Source: Octopus sinensis (taxonomy: Eukaryota). From it: a stretch of DNA of 64,000 nt. Both the position numbers and the translations under genes were made by a program. The DNA lies in contig NC_043004.1 in NCBI RefSeq assembly GCF_006345805.1, positions 30,380,001 through 30,444,000 on the forward strand, in the 5' to 3' direction. The notes below the pieces were generated by a model. The model was not told where the DNA came from. It searched no databases and saw only the letters and a program-made list of their open reading frames with translations. Below, piece by piece: positions 37,819 to 50,833 of the stretch. Positions within the stretch are counted from its first letter, which is position 1, and each line of letters opens with the position of its first letter.

Positions 37819-39164
37819 TTGTTGTTGTTGCTGCTACTGTTGATGATGATGATAATAATGATGATGAAAGGGTCTAAATGTTTCATACAAAAGCAAATAG
37901 GGGAATATACATCTATAATAAATGAGTGGGTGGTGCAAAAGTGTGATACAATACATTGTGGCAGATAAAAAATTAAGTAAAACACCTGAAGACATTTTAG
38001 CTACAAATAGGATAGAAACCACTTCTTAGATAATATCAGGACACGCCATGACAGTGGTCGACTGTACAATGAGTCTCCTGAATTGCATCATGAGTATTTT
38101 TGATTGAAACTGAAAGACTCCTTCATTCTCAAAGGGAGTAACTTTGGCAGCTATATATCAGTCATGTGTAAACTGCAGCTTGCAGATTGTGTGCAGCACG
38201 TGGCACTTTCTGAATAGCATCATCTTCATCATCATCATCATCCTTTAACGTCCGTTTTCCATGCTGGCATGGGTGGGACAAGCAAGCCTAACAAAAAAAT
38301 TGCCTTTTTTTAGTAGAGTATTTTAGTAGTGCAGTCTGATGTTGAGTTTGAGGATGAGCATGATGGTGAGCCCTGTCCCTTGGGGCTTACTTCTTGAAAA
38401 TGGTTCCACACACCTGCTCTATATTATAGACAGTTAGTGCCATTTCCCTCAATCATCTGTCATTCTAGGGATTTTAATATTGATCACCAGTTGGTCCTCA
38501 CCAATCAGTGCATCATTTCTTCTGTCCATCTTTTTCCCTTTTTGAGCAGTTCCACTTGATTCTTAATAGTTTTCTTTCAGACTGCTGAAGAAATTCATAC
38601 ATTCTGGAGGGTTTGGTGTCTCTTCAAAATGGGAACTTTCAACCTCCTACTTACCTTTACTCTGGTATTAATGTTTTTAACCCCTCAATGCCTTTCTTAC
38701 TGTCTTCAATGGTTTCACACCTTTCTCTTGTCTCGACCTTCTCCCTAAGAGTAAAACAGCTGTTCAGAGCCCGACCAATTCTGATGGAATAAGAAACGCC
38801 TTACTCTTTAATTTTCCACCTCATTAAGCCTTGATGAAGGGATTTCAACTGTCTCTGCCTCCACTCTGGTTGTCATTGCAACTGTGACGGGTAACACTGT
38901 GTGTACAATAGCTGCAGTAATAGCAGCAGTAGTAGTAGTAATAGTGTCTTCTCCTCAGAGGCCTACTGTTGTTGCTGTCTCTGCTAATGTCAGCTTCCTT
39001 TCTTTTTATATTTTTCTACTCGGCAAAAAGCCCTAACATGTCCCTTATCAGTACCAAAACAAATATGTAGCAACTGGATCTTCTTCCCTGCCTAGACCAC
39101 CTAACTGACTCCCTCTCTCCACCCTATCAGTGGGATATAAATTTGGGTTAATATTGAAATCATT

Positions 39165-39385
39165 TAAGGCAGTGAGCTGGAGAATCACTAGCATGCTGGG
39201 TAAAATGCTTAGTGATATTTTGTCCATGTTTATGTTCTGAGTTGAAGTTCTGCTGAGGTTGACTTTGCCTTTCATTCTTTTGGGGTCAATAAAAGATAAG
39301 TACCAGTTGAGCACTGGGGTTGATGTAACTGATTATCCCCATCCACCAAAATTTCAAGCCTTGTGCCTATACTAGAAAGGAATAT
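39165..39385 (+). mobile_element. Family A SINE
   Basis: GGCAGTGAGCTGG..GACTTTGCCTTTCAT..CTTGTGCCTATACTAGAAAGG. Confidence 0.8.
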
Positions 39386-39679
39386 TGAGATCATTGGGGT
39401 GGAAGAATCAAGACCTAGGTGGCCATGCAGAACCCACCTAACCACATGTTTCTGCAGATTAAGTCAGTACCCAGCCCCTGCTTGTATTCCTGTATCCCAA
39501 AGTTAATGACAAATAATGGTTAACGTCCCAACATTTCTGGTTGTGATCCCCAATTTATCATTTACCACAGTACCAACAGATGGGATAACCATGTGGCACA
39601 TCAACTGCAGTACCAACATGTGGGGAAGCCATATGGCATACCTTCTATTGAAACAAATATGGGCAGTCATATTTAATGA

Positions 39680-40135
39680 TAATAATGTTTCTAATTCAGA
39701 CACAAAGCCAGCAATTTCAAGAGTAGAGCTTAGTTGATAAGATCCACCTTAGTTCATGACTGGTGTTTTATTTTATTGTCTGAGTGATGACAGTCTAAGT
39801 TGGTTTGGTGGGATTTGAACTGGAAGAGGTACCAGGCACCATTCTTCTCTGATGCTCTAATGATTCTGCCAACCCATTTCCTTGGACTATGATAATATTG
39901 ATAACAACAACAACAACAATAATGATTGTTTAAAATTTATGTTACAAGGTCAGCAATTTAGGGGAAGTGGGTAAGTCGATCACAGTAACCCCAGTGCTCA
40001 ACTGGTACTTATTTTGTTGACCCGGAAAGGATGAAAGACAAGGTTGACCTTTGTGGAATTTGAACTGAGAATGTAAAAAAACGGACGAAATGCCACTAAA
40101 TATTTTGCCCAGTATGCTGATTCTGCCAGCTCGCC
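39680..40135 (-). mobile_element. Two family A SINE copies
   Basis: Ends GATTCTGCCAGCTCGCC; internal GGAATTTGAAC. Confidence 0.7.
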
Positions 40136-40143
40136 AATAATAC

Positions 40144-40234
<91 letters not shown>

Positions 40235-40235
40235 A

Positions 40236-40798
40236 ATAATAAAATGTCCTGATGCAGTACCAGACAGTGGCTCTCAAGGTTTCTGATCTTAACTGATTAG
40301 AAGAGTTATCATGTATATATTTTGTCTTGGTATAAAAGATTGGCTACAGAAATATCCTGTTCTCTAACACAGATTTGTTTGTCAGTTGTTTGATCTAAAC
40401 CAGTTGAGCATGTCCCTTGGTGGATGACAATATGCGCATCTCTGATCATGAGCAGAAGTAGTTGGAGAAGCATCATAGCCATGTATTGAGAGGAATTCTT
40501 TGGGGTTTGGATAATTCACCTTTGGAAACATGGGTGCTTTGTTCAACATCCTTAAACAACCTTTATTCAGGGACCTTTTGAGCAGGATGGGCTACTCGAC
40601 CTGAAGAAAATTCTAACTGGGCCCCATCAGCAAGGTCATGCACTGTTTATCTTGATATGAGATCACCATGTTGCGCACATATGGTTGTGATGCATGTGCC
40701 TGATGTACCCTTATCAGACGGGTAGTCATGATGGGTGTACTGGGCTTTGTATATTTTACCCCAGTGTCACTTTGATGGTATGCACTGCTCTCTCACCT
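40236..40798. mobile_element. ~550-bp microsatellite-embedded repeat; copy 2
   Basis: Colinear with 7245-7790; flanked by (TAA)n(TGA)n and (TGA)n. Confidence 0.85.
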
Positions 40799-40831
40799 GA
40801 TAATGATGATGATGATGATGATGATTTCTTT

Positions 40832-40872
<41 letters not shown>

Positions 40873-41614
40873 AATCATCATCATCATCATCAAGATCATC
40901 ATCACCATTATTATTATTATTATTATTACTATTATATTACTGATATATTAGTGATTATTCCTGTAGTACATAAGATGATCTTCTGGCGAAGCAAAAATAG
41001 TTGCAGCTCATTTTACTTATGTTGAAAATACTCTCAAGAAATATGGCACTGTCAAAATCTCTGTATGCTTCTGTCTCTTCCTCACTATCTCTCTCTCTCC
41101 CTCCCTCCTCCTGCTCCCCCATCCTATAAATCTGAAACCCTGCCCTTTATATGAGGAAAAAAAAAAATCGATATTTTTTTTTATATATTAGTATTAAGTA
41201 GAGTAATACAAATTTCAGAGAATTGAAACAAAACCAAAAAAAGAAATATTTTGTTATAAGAGTAAAGTAATGAAATTAAAGAAATAAAAGAATTCAAATT
41301 GGAAATATGATCTTAATGATTAATATTAAAATTAAAATAATAATTAAGGAATTGGTATAAAATACTCCGAAAGAAAACTTAACGAGAAACGGATTCGCTT
41401 CAGTGGTTGACAATGATGTAGACTGTTCTCACGTAGTATGTTGGTGGTAACATACCACAAGAATAGAATACATACATACATACATACATACATACATACA
41501 TAAATACATACATACATACATATGTACATACATACATAAATACATACATACATACATACTTGCACACTTTCATACTCAAACAATAGCATAGCATACATAT
41601 ATACATGCACATAC

Positions 41615-41673
<59 letters not shown>

Positions 41674-43014
41674 TATATATATATACACATACACACGTGT
41701 ACAATCAGACATACGTGCATATAAACACATGCATGCATTCACTCATACCTGCATACATATACATACATGCATACATGCATACATACTTTCATGCATGCAC
41801 ATACTCATGCACATATAAATCTCCCCCTCTCTCCATACACACATGTACATACAGTTACATACATGCATGCATATATACTTTCATGTATACATGTCATACA
41901 CATTCACACATACACGTATATATACATACACACACACACACACACATACATACACTCTGCCGTACAATGCTCCATATCCTAGTAAATAAAAAGTAGCTAA
42001 GTTAGAGGAAATCTATCACAATAGTAGAGAGAGAGAGAGAGAGAGAGAGAGGGAAAGAGAGAGAGAGAGAGAGAGAAGGAGAGAGAGGGTGAAGCGGGGG
42101 GAGGAGAAAGCCAATGAAAAATCAATTGACAGCAACATGGAAGACAAGAAATTGATACAAAAATTACAGACATTGCTGCACAGAACGAAGAAGAATCGGA
42201 AACGTAATTGCAAAATGACAAAAAAAATAAACAAATAAATGAATAAAATAAAAGAGAGAAAAACAAAAGAAAACGAAAATAGATAAAAAGTGAAAACACA
42301 AAATATATGAAACACAAAGAAAAGAAAAATATAAGAGAAAGACTATAAGAATTATTTATGATAAATATATTTATATTTTTGTTTTTCCATCATGAAAATG
42401 GCTGATATAAAAATTGTAGATGGAGTCATTCTCTCCATAATCAATTCAGTCCACCATTTTACCTTAGAGATGCCCTGACACTTTATTTTATTTATGTATT
42501 TATTTTGTATTCCTTTTGTCTAGTTTGTTCCCCTCCATCGCCACCATTTCTTTTTTCTCCTTTCTCTGTGAAGTACAGTTCTTTACACAATGAAAACAAG
42601 GAGTAAATAGTTGAGAGAATATGGCTGCAACGGTGCCCACGGCAACAATAGTAACATTAAGGGTGTCCATAGTAACAGCAATAGTGTCCCTGGAACAATA
42701 TAGTTCACATGAGCACAGTGTAGAGAAGTAATTAGCTTAGATAACGAACTATTTCACATGGCAAAGTTTTGCTATGAAGAAAGAAACAACAGAAACAACG
42801 CAAAAACAGGAAAAAGAAACATTAAGAAAAAAAAATTTTGACAATATATAAGAAGTGAGATGGAAAATATTGAACTCTTGCATTATAGGATGCGAGTTCC
42901 AGTAGACTGAAGGTATTTCGTGGAGTCTATAAGTAAAGTATATAACTCAGTTTATCTACAAGTGGAGGAGGAGGAGGAGGAGAAGAAGAAGTAGAAGAAG
43001 AAGAAGGAGGAGGA

Positions 43015-43056
<42 letters not shown>

Positions 43057-43110
43057 GAAGAAGAAGAAGAAGAGAAGAAGAAGAAGAAGAAGAAGAAGAA
43101 GAAGAAGAAA

Positions 43111-43143
<33 letters not shown>

Positions 43144-43511
43144 GAAGAAGAAGAAGAAGAGAAAAGAACAACAACAACAACAACAACAACAACAAGAAGA
43201 AGAAGAAGAAGAAGAAGAAGAAGAAGAAAGTATATCAGATCTTGAGGGAAGTTACTTGAGATATATTGCTGTTACATACAGCACATAGAAGTTTATATCT
43301 CTTGTCTACCAACTTCCTCTATAAATTGGAATTAAGAACTGGTTTTATGATAGAATGTTGCATGTAAATATTTTATAACAAGCAATAAGCTATGGATGAC
43401 ATCATATACATTCAGTGTTAGTATGTTCTGGCAGATTTGAACGAGAATATTCTTCATGACAAAATACATCAATCATTAGCACATTCACATTCAAATTTAC
43501 TGAAACACACT

Positions 43512-43724
43512 GATTTCAATTTTTGGCACAAGGCCTGCACTTTGGAGGGTGGGGCTTTGTCACTTACATCGACCCCATTCCTCAACTAGTATTTATTTTA
43601 TCAACCCTGAAAGGATGAAATGCAAAATCAACCCCAGCAAGATTTGAACTCAGAATGTAAGAGTGGCGAACTGCTACAAAGCATTTTGCCCAGCATGCTA
43701 ACAATTCAGCCAGCTTGGTGCCTT
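43512..43724 (-). mobile_element. Family A SINE inserted in the tandem array
   Basis: TTTTGGCACAAGGCC..GATTTGAACTCAGAATGT..GCCAGCTTGGTGCC. Confidence 0.8.
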
Positions 43725-43863
43725 ATTTTTCTGGAACATATTGAGAATTAGTTCACCATGCACATGATGATGTATGCAAACATTGGCATAATTCAGAATA
43801 CATATGCAAATAATTTGATTGCTGAATCTTAAGAGCCAAAACACTTGTTTGATTCATTGGTGC

Positions 43864-43928
43864 AGGGTAGCTTTGGCTGAGGAGACACACAAGGTTGAAA
43901 CTCCAGTATCTTGTAGTTGTCTTACCCC
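43864..43928 (+). ncRNA. Minimal type I hammerhead-like motif, array copy 1
   Basis: TTTGG-CTGAGGA(43877)-GAC acacaag GTT-GAAA-C tcca GTA; proximal 3' stem I decayed; distal GGGTA / TACCC pairing. Confidence 0.55.
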
Positions 43929-44197
43929 AGTGAACTGAGAGGGTTATGAACACACATTCATCTCAAAAGAAAAGTTATTCTCTAATGACAAAATACAACA
44001 GCAATTTCACATTTGAATCCGTCAGAATGTATTAAGAATAAATATGTATGCCATTGTTTGATTCTCACTGTTCCCTGCACATATGATGGTATATTATCAG
44101 TTGGCAGACATCAACATACATCAGCATATATCAGCAAATAACTAGTTTGATGAACCCTATAAACAAGAGCCAAAACTTTTGTTAGATTTATTAATGC

Positions 44198-44264
44198 AGG
44201 TAGCTTTGACTGAGGGGACATACACAAAGTTGAAACACTTGTGTCCCAAAAACTCCTTACCCCA
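44198..44264 (+). ncRNA. Minimal type I hammerhead-like motif, array copy 2
   Basis: TTTGA-CTGAGGG(44210)-GAC atacacaaa GTT-GAAA-CACTTGT-GTC-CCAAA; CCAAA complements the TTTGG preserved in copy 1. Confidence 0.6.
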
Positions 44265-45745
44265 ATAAATGAAGAGTGTAATGAACATGCATTTGTCTGA
44301 AAGGAGAAGTTGTTCTCCAACAATAAAATACAACAGCAATTTGTATATTCCCATTTTAATCTGCAGGAATGTATTGAGAATAAATATGCACATCACTGTT
44401 TTCTTGCTATTCACCATGCACATGATGATTTATTAATAAATATGGAGATGAACCAAAATCCTAAGATCTAAAATTAAAATAAATAAATTGATGGGATTAG
44501 CTGAAATATTTATTTTTACCATAATCATAGACTCAAACATATTTTATCATTCCACAACCTTTGTTCTTCATTCGTTATATTCATCCCCTCATCCCATCTC
44601 TAACCACACCTCACTTTCCCTATACACACAACCTTTATCCACCAACATACACTGTTTGTCTGTCCCTCCACTTATTTCTTCTACCTTGAACTCTTGAGGG
44701 TCCTCCCTGACACCTCCTCACCTCTATCTTATCTTACTTTCCAGCCTGGTTACTCCCTCCATCTCTTTTATGATGTGAGGTGTCACATCACTCCTACACA
44801 GCAAGAAACCTGTTTTGTTCTGATCCCTATTTTTATACTTTAACCTCTCACCTCCTAGTATAAAACTACCTACTTCTCTAAAGCATTAAGGAGATATTAT
44901 CCTTGCAAGCTGCATGGCAACCTGACTAGTGCTGGAGCTATGAAAAGAAAAAAAACACACAGTACCTGCTATAAAGTAACAGGTGACAGAAAGGACATCC
45001 AGCTATAGAAACCATGCCAAAGCAGATCCTGTCAAACTGTTCAGTCCATGCCAACATGGAACATGGATGTTAAGAAATGATGATAATGATAATGATGAGG
45101 ATGATAATGACAAAAACAACCATGATGGCAACAATGAGGATTTTGGAAAACTGAAATTTTCAACATTTCTATTAGGTACTTTTTTGTTAAAAAGCATTAA
45201 TTTATTAGACTAACTAACAGGAATTTTTAACTTATGATACACAGTTTTCCCATTATTCAGGGCTTTTAAGAGGAAAACTGAGAACATATTGCCAGATAAT
45301 AATATGGAAATATTTCGGGATATAATCTTAAAAAACTGTCAAAGAAAACTCAAAAAAACACACAAAACTATGGAAAACAAACTTTACAAAACCTGCTAAG
45401 AAATCTATGTCAACATTTCAACAGAAATACAAAATATGTACGATTATATAATATTACAGTTATGACGAAGAGAACTTTATTTTTTTCATTTGAAATATAC
45501 TCAAGTCTCTGGATGTAGATGGAATATTTTATGGTATTAAGCCGTTAAGAACATATCTCACATGTTGAAAATGATTTTACCACTAAGCTGGTTTATCAAC
45601 TTGAGAAGATTTAATCTCAACCAAGTTAACAAAATATTTTCCAACAAGTACCACCATATTCACTGCTGATTACAGTAGCAGCTGTTGCTGTGTATCCCAT
45701 ATCAGCTCTGATGATAATGTAGAAGTTCCTTCACTGGTTTGGCAG

Positions 45746-45897
45746 TAGCAAGGGTAATTCCTTGAGGTGGTTATTTATAGCTAAAGAGGCAGGAGCAAGG
45801 GTAGTTCCTTGAGGTGGTTATTTATAGCTAAACTGGCAGGTACTTACAGATAAATAGACATGAGTTAGTTCTTTGTAGTAGATATTTACAGCTAAAT
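45746..45897. repeat. ~48-bp tandem duplication with a decayed third unit
   Basis: AGCAAGGGTA(A/G)TTCCTTGAGGTGGTTATTTATAGCTAAA occurs twice. Confidence 0.85.
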
Positions 45898-47409
45898 GCT
45901 GTAGGCCCTTATTCTTAACCAAGGATAATTCCCACTCTATAAGACATTTAAAAATTCCAGTGGAGAATTATTCAAGTTTGAGAAATTCTTTATCAATATT
46001 TGTTAGATTTCTTTTCCACAGTGTTGATTTTTAGGGATGTCTAATTTAAAGTATAATGTATTTAGTCAGGTAGACATGAATGCAAATATGTCAATTGGTG
46101 TTATATTTTGTCTTCTGAGAGCTACTTCTTTCAATGTGTGTTTACAACACACCCGATTCTTTGATGTAAGGACACTTTAAGACACTGTAGTTTTTCTCCC
46201 TGGTTGTGTCTGTTCAGTCTATGCTACCCCTGGATCAATGGAATTAAACAAGAGTGATGGCTCTTATTTATAGAAATCAGCAATTATTTGCTGTCTGTCA
46301 AAACCAATAATAAATGACCAGATGTATGCAGAACAGCAAGAATCAAAACAATGATGTAACTTTTCATTCTTATTGCATTCTTACTGATCCAATGTGAATA
46401 TACGAATTGTTGTTGCATTTCATCTTCAGAGAATACCTCCCCACCTTTAGAAATTTTGATGGTGTATGTTTATATTCACAAAAGCACCATTTATAATCAA
46501 ACTTCTACTTGTTTCTATCAATATGTGATTCTATGATCAAGCTCTTTCTCCCTTTGTTTTGTTTGTTTCATTTAGCTGAAATTTAGAAATCATTTAAAGC
46601 AGCTGTTTAATGCATTCAATGCATGTATGGAGATTTTCTGATGCTTTCTTCACACAAGGCTCACATAGTTGTATGGAGTCTATAAGACTCATTTAAATCG
46701 TCTTCTGCACTATTCAGTCTCTTAGTTTCAATTTTATCAAATTCACCAAAATCAGGTTGATCCATGTAATCATTGAGAACAATCTTAAATAGATTCAGTC
46801 AGCTTTTGATGCTTTGATAGGAATCAGACTCTTTCAGCATTTATCAATTTCTTTGGGGAACAAACAGATTTTAAATTGTTAAAACTTTCAAGTTCCAGGG
46901 GTTTTGTTGTTACCAAAACAATATAGCAGTCATACCTTTAATAGACAAAAACAAACATTTTATTGATCATTAGTGTCCAGATGTTCCATTCTTGCTGTAG
47001 AACATTGCAGAAGTGACAAAATCTGCTGTATCCAGGTCATCAAGTACAAGTTTGTTATTATTGTTTAGGTTGGTGTGTCTACAGTGTTTATCAAAAATAC
47101 ACCCGTTTCCAAGGTAGCCTTTTACATTTAGAATGTTTATTCAAATGATGGCTCAAATTATGACATCAGACCTTAAATAGATTCATGTCAACAGGCAAAT
47201 GTGGAAAACACATGTAGCAGTAATATTATGTTATATTATATATGATAAAGAAAAGACATCAGAGTTATGCCATAAAACTGTGTTTTGTACATAGCTAATA
47301 TTTTCTCATATGTAATGATGGTGGCGGAAATCAGGATGGCAAAGAATCATAGAAAAAGGTTAAGACTATTTGGATAAAGCCACCAAAGGATGGTATCTTT
47401 GGTACTGGA

Positions 47410-47625
47410 GAACAATGTAGTACAGGTGACCAGAAAGCATTCAGACATGATTATCAATTACAGTGCAACTAACCATAAAACATTGGTCACTCACATTTTT
47501 CATGTGAGTGACCAATGTAGTGCAATGATTAAAATGTTAGAAGATATTAGTGTCTAGTGTAGTACAACCAACCATAAAACATTGAGATGCTAATATCCAG
47601 TGTAGTACAACTGACCATAAAACCT
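47410..47625. repeat. ~40-bp degenerate minisatellite
   Basis: Recurring TGTAGTACAAC..ACCATAAAACATT. Confidence 0.65.
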
Positions 47626-47719
47626 TGACCCTATGAATTGGCTTTCTAATTATATCTTGGTTCAAACTCTTGAAACAATGAAGCAAGAATTATGTTCTGC
47701 TTTTAACAGAATACTATAA

Positions 47720-48145
47720 AAATATATTTTATCTAGTCATAATTCATTACTAAAATATGAGAAATATATTATTTTATTCATTATAACCGATACCTAAAAT
47801 ATGTGTTTATGTGAAATGTAGTATTACTTTATTCATTAATCATAGTTTGTTAGTAAAATATATGCTGTGTTGTTTTTTCACTAGTCATTGTTCATTACTA
47901 AAATATAGGAAATGTTATAAACTTTTATTCATTAGTCATAGCACGTTTCTAAAATCTGAGTTTATGAGAAATGTTATCTTTTTTATTCATTAGTCCTATT
48001 TCATTCCTAAAATCTGAGTTTATGAGAAATATTGCTTTATTTCATTCATTTGTCATTGTTCATTACTAAAGCATTAGTTTATGAGAAATGCTGTATTATT
48101 TTATTCATTAGTCATAGTTCATTACTGAAATACAAGTTTATGTCA
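47720..48145. repeat. ~58-bp minisatellite
   Basis: Recurring TTTATTCATTAGTCATAGTTCATTACTAAAAT..GTTTATGAGAAAT. Confidence 0.8.
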
Positions 48146-48871
48146 GAAATGTTGGCTACAAAAGTAGAAAAGGTCCTATCATTTTGAGCAGAGATTTTAT
48201 TTAATTTAACTGTCTGCTACTAATTAACATAAAGGAATTAAAGTAACAGCATTGTTTTGAATCAATAATGTATATGCCAACTTAACATTAATATAATGGT
48301 AAAACATATAAAAGTGATTACAAACAGATTTGATGGCAAGGTCAGCGGGGGGTCATTAGCAATTACTTTATAGTTGAAACTTGTGACAACACATTACAAG
48401 AGATGACTTTCAATAGGAATGTAATGGGAGATCACACTGAACTCAGCTTTACTGTAATGGACTTTGATTAAACAAACCAGATGTAGAAGATACAGATTGA
48501 TGAGGTTATTGCTGCAGGTAGACAGTCAATGAGTGAACCTTTTTGTGATCATTCCACCTGAGAGATATGGCAGCTAAATTTCCTTTAATCCATGACCTGT
48601 TTTATTACAAATAACATAAATTAGATAATGTGGTTCATAAACAGGATAGTCATGGATGGAATATTTTACTTTGATCATATTTCTGTTTTACTATAGCCAT
48701 CTTGTGGCTAAACAAAAATAACAACAGCATCATTCAATCCTAATTATTATTCATAATTAGCAGGACTATTTATTAATCTATTTAAAATTATATATATTAT
48801 TATGAATATATATATGTATATATATGTTTATCAAAATATGTATATATGCGTTTATATATGTGTGTGTATAT

Positions 48872-48916
<45 letters not shown>

Positions 48917-49179
48917 TAAGTGGAGAAAAGTGTGAACATGTCTACTGTTCCCAACTCACCAATTATTATAAGCATGACCTTTACTGTTTGCATGCTCCAA
49001 ATTCGTCCTATTTCAAATTTTAAGGGATGGCATTTATTTCAAACAGGCATGATGGGTCTATAAGTAAGCAACTTCACTTTTCCTTACCTATAATTGTTGT
49101 TTGGTCTATTATTTTCTAACTTGTCCATTTCAATAGGAAAGTCCCACAAAATTTTACATTTCTTACAGTTGATGGGTAT

Positions 49180-50160
49180 CTCATTTGAACTGGGGCCCAG
49201 GAAGATAGTGGTTGGTATATGCAGACGATGTCATAATCATGGTGTTGGATTCTCTGAGTTGGAGACAGTTGACACCATTCTAAAGGAATACGAGTTAGCG
49301 GCAGAGGTCAAAATCAATACTGACAAGTTGGTTGGCTTGCAACTGAACACTAGGAAACGCAGGTCTATGCCATCAGATGCCACTGTTGGCTGCTGATGCA
49401 CAGACACAGGCTGAGGGTGCATCACCTGCAATGATTTCTAGACAGTGAATGTGTGTGGGCTCTGTTTGCGAGGCATGTCTTCTTGCAGCTCGTCTCTTTG
49501 GCAGAGCTACTGTCCTAAGTGAAGGAAAGACCAATGCTGGGTGTCTGGCACCTAGAGTGTTATCAGGTGCTCACAGCTCTTTACCAGTCAGGTAATGGGA
49601 TTGGTGGATATTCCACTTTAGCTATATATCTAAAGAATTAGTCGTGGGAAATGTGAAGATGTTTGCAGGGAGACTCTGAGCATTGATGAAAATGAACTGG
49701 TAAATCTATTCCAGAGGACTTTCAGGTTGATGACTAACATGGATAATTTCCAGACGTCCTTAGCCAGGCAGTGTTACAGAGAGATGCTACTATTTTGTGA
49801 TAAACTCTACAGGCACAAATGTGCTGTCAGATGAGCTTGTCCAAAATGCACACACAGCAATAAAGCCATTTTGCATGCCCAGGTATTACTAACTTGTGGA
49901 ATTATATTGAACAGTTACTGTTGTGTGTGGATGGATCTGTCAATCAGTTGAGGCCAGAGTGATGATTGATCTTCTGCCCTCCATTAATCAGGCAGGTAAG
50001 GCAATTTTCCTTTGTTTGGTGGCTATGGTGAAAGAGGTTGTTCAGTGGATGAGGTTGAAAGACACAAGGATATAGACATTCCTCTTTGGTAGTTCTGTCA
50101 TCGATTTTTTTAGGTTTCACTAAGAAGGGAAAGTGAAAGTAGGGAGGGGAATACTGTCCT
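49180..50160 (+). pseudogene. L1/Tx1-like LINE ORF2 fragment
   Basis: YADDV-type motif near 49218 (TATGCAGACGATGTC), then ELETVDTILKEYELAAEVKINTDKLVGLQL; downstream resembles 4070-4870. Confidence 0.7.
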
Positions 50161-50214
50161 AAAATTATTAGCCTTGAGCCAAAATTTTAAACCATTAATA
50201 TTATTGCAATTTAT

Positions 50215-50791
50215 CCCACATTCTGAGTTCAAATTCCTCTGAGGTGGACTTTGCCTTTCATCCTTTCAAGGGCTGATAAAATAAAGTACCCATTGAATAC
50301 AGGGCTCATATAACTGACTGGCTCCCTTCCTGCAAACCTTCAGGACTGGTGAGCAGGCAGAATTATTAGCCCACCAGGCAAAATACTTAGCAGTATTTCG
50401 TCCATCTTCATGTTCTAAGTTCAAATTCTGCTGAGATTGACTTTGCCTTTCATCCATTTGGGATTGATGAAATTAGTACCAGTTATGCACAGCGAGGGGT
50501 CGGTGTAATTCACTAGTCCCCTCCCCACATATTTCAAGGCTTGTGCCTATAGTAGAAAGGATTATTAAGGTGGTGAGCTGGCGGAATCATTAGCATGCCA
50601 GTAAAAAAAATCTTAACTGCATTTCATCCATCTTTAAATTCTGGGTTCAAACTCTGCTGTCAACTTTGCCTTTCAGCCTTTCAGGGTCGATGAAATAAGT
50701 ATCAGTCAATGTAATCAACTGGCTCCCTCCCCCAAAATTTCAGGCCTTGTGCTCATAGTAGAAAGGATTATTATTATTATTATTATTATTA

Positions 50792-50833
<42 letters not shown>

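Larger units (their letters stand above)
43430..44430 (+). repeat. Diverged ~330-bp tandem array carrying hammerhead motifs (retrozyme-like)
   Basis: TTCACCATGCACATGATGA at ~43752 and ~44410 with a diverged copy near 44070; AAGAGCCAAAAC and AAAATACAACAGCAATTT each recur; partial first unit interrupted by a SINE. Confidence 0.8.

Noticed and set aside
37983-38040. CCTGAAGA...GAAAC hammerhead-like words
   Set aside because: Stems I and II do not pair
43877-43930. Pre-miRNA-like hairpin
   Set aside because: Pairing is bulged and not preserved in the second unit; the hammerhead reading explains the conserved bases better
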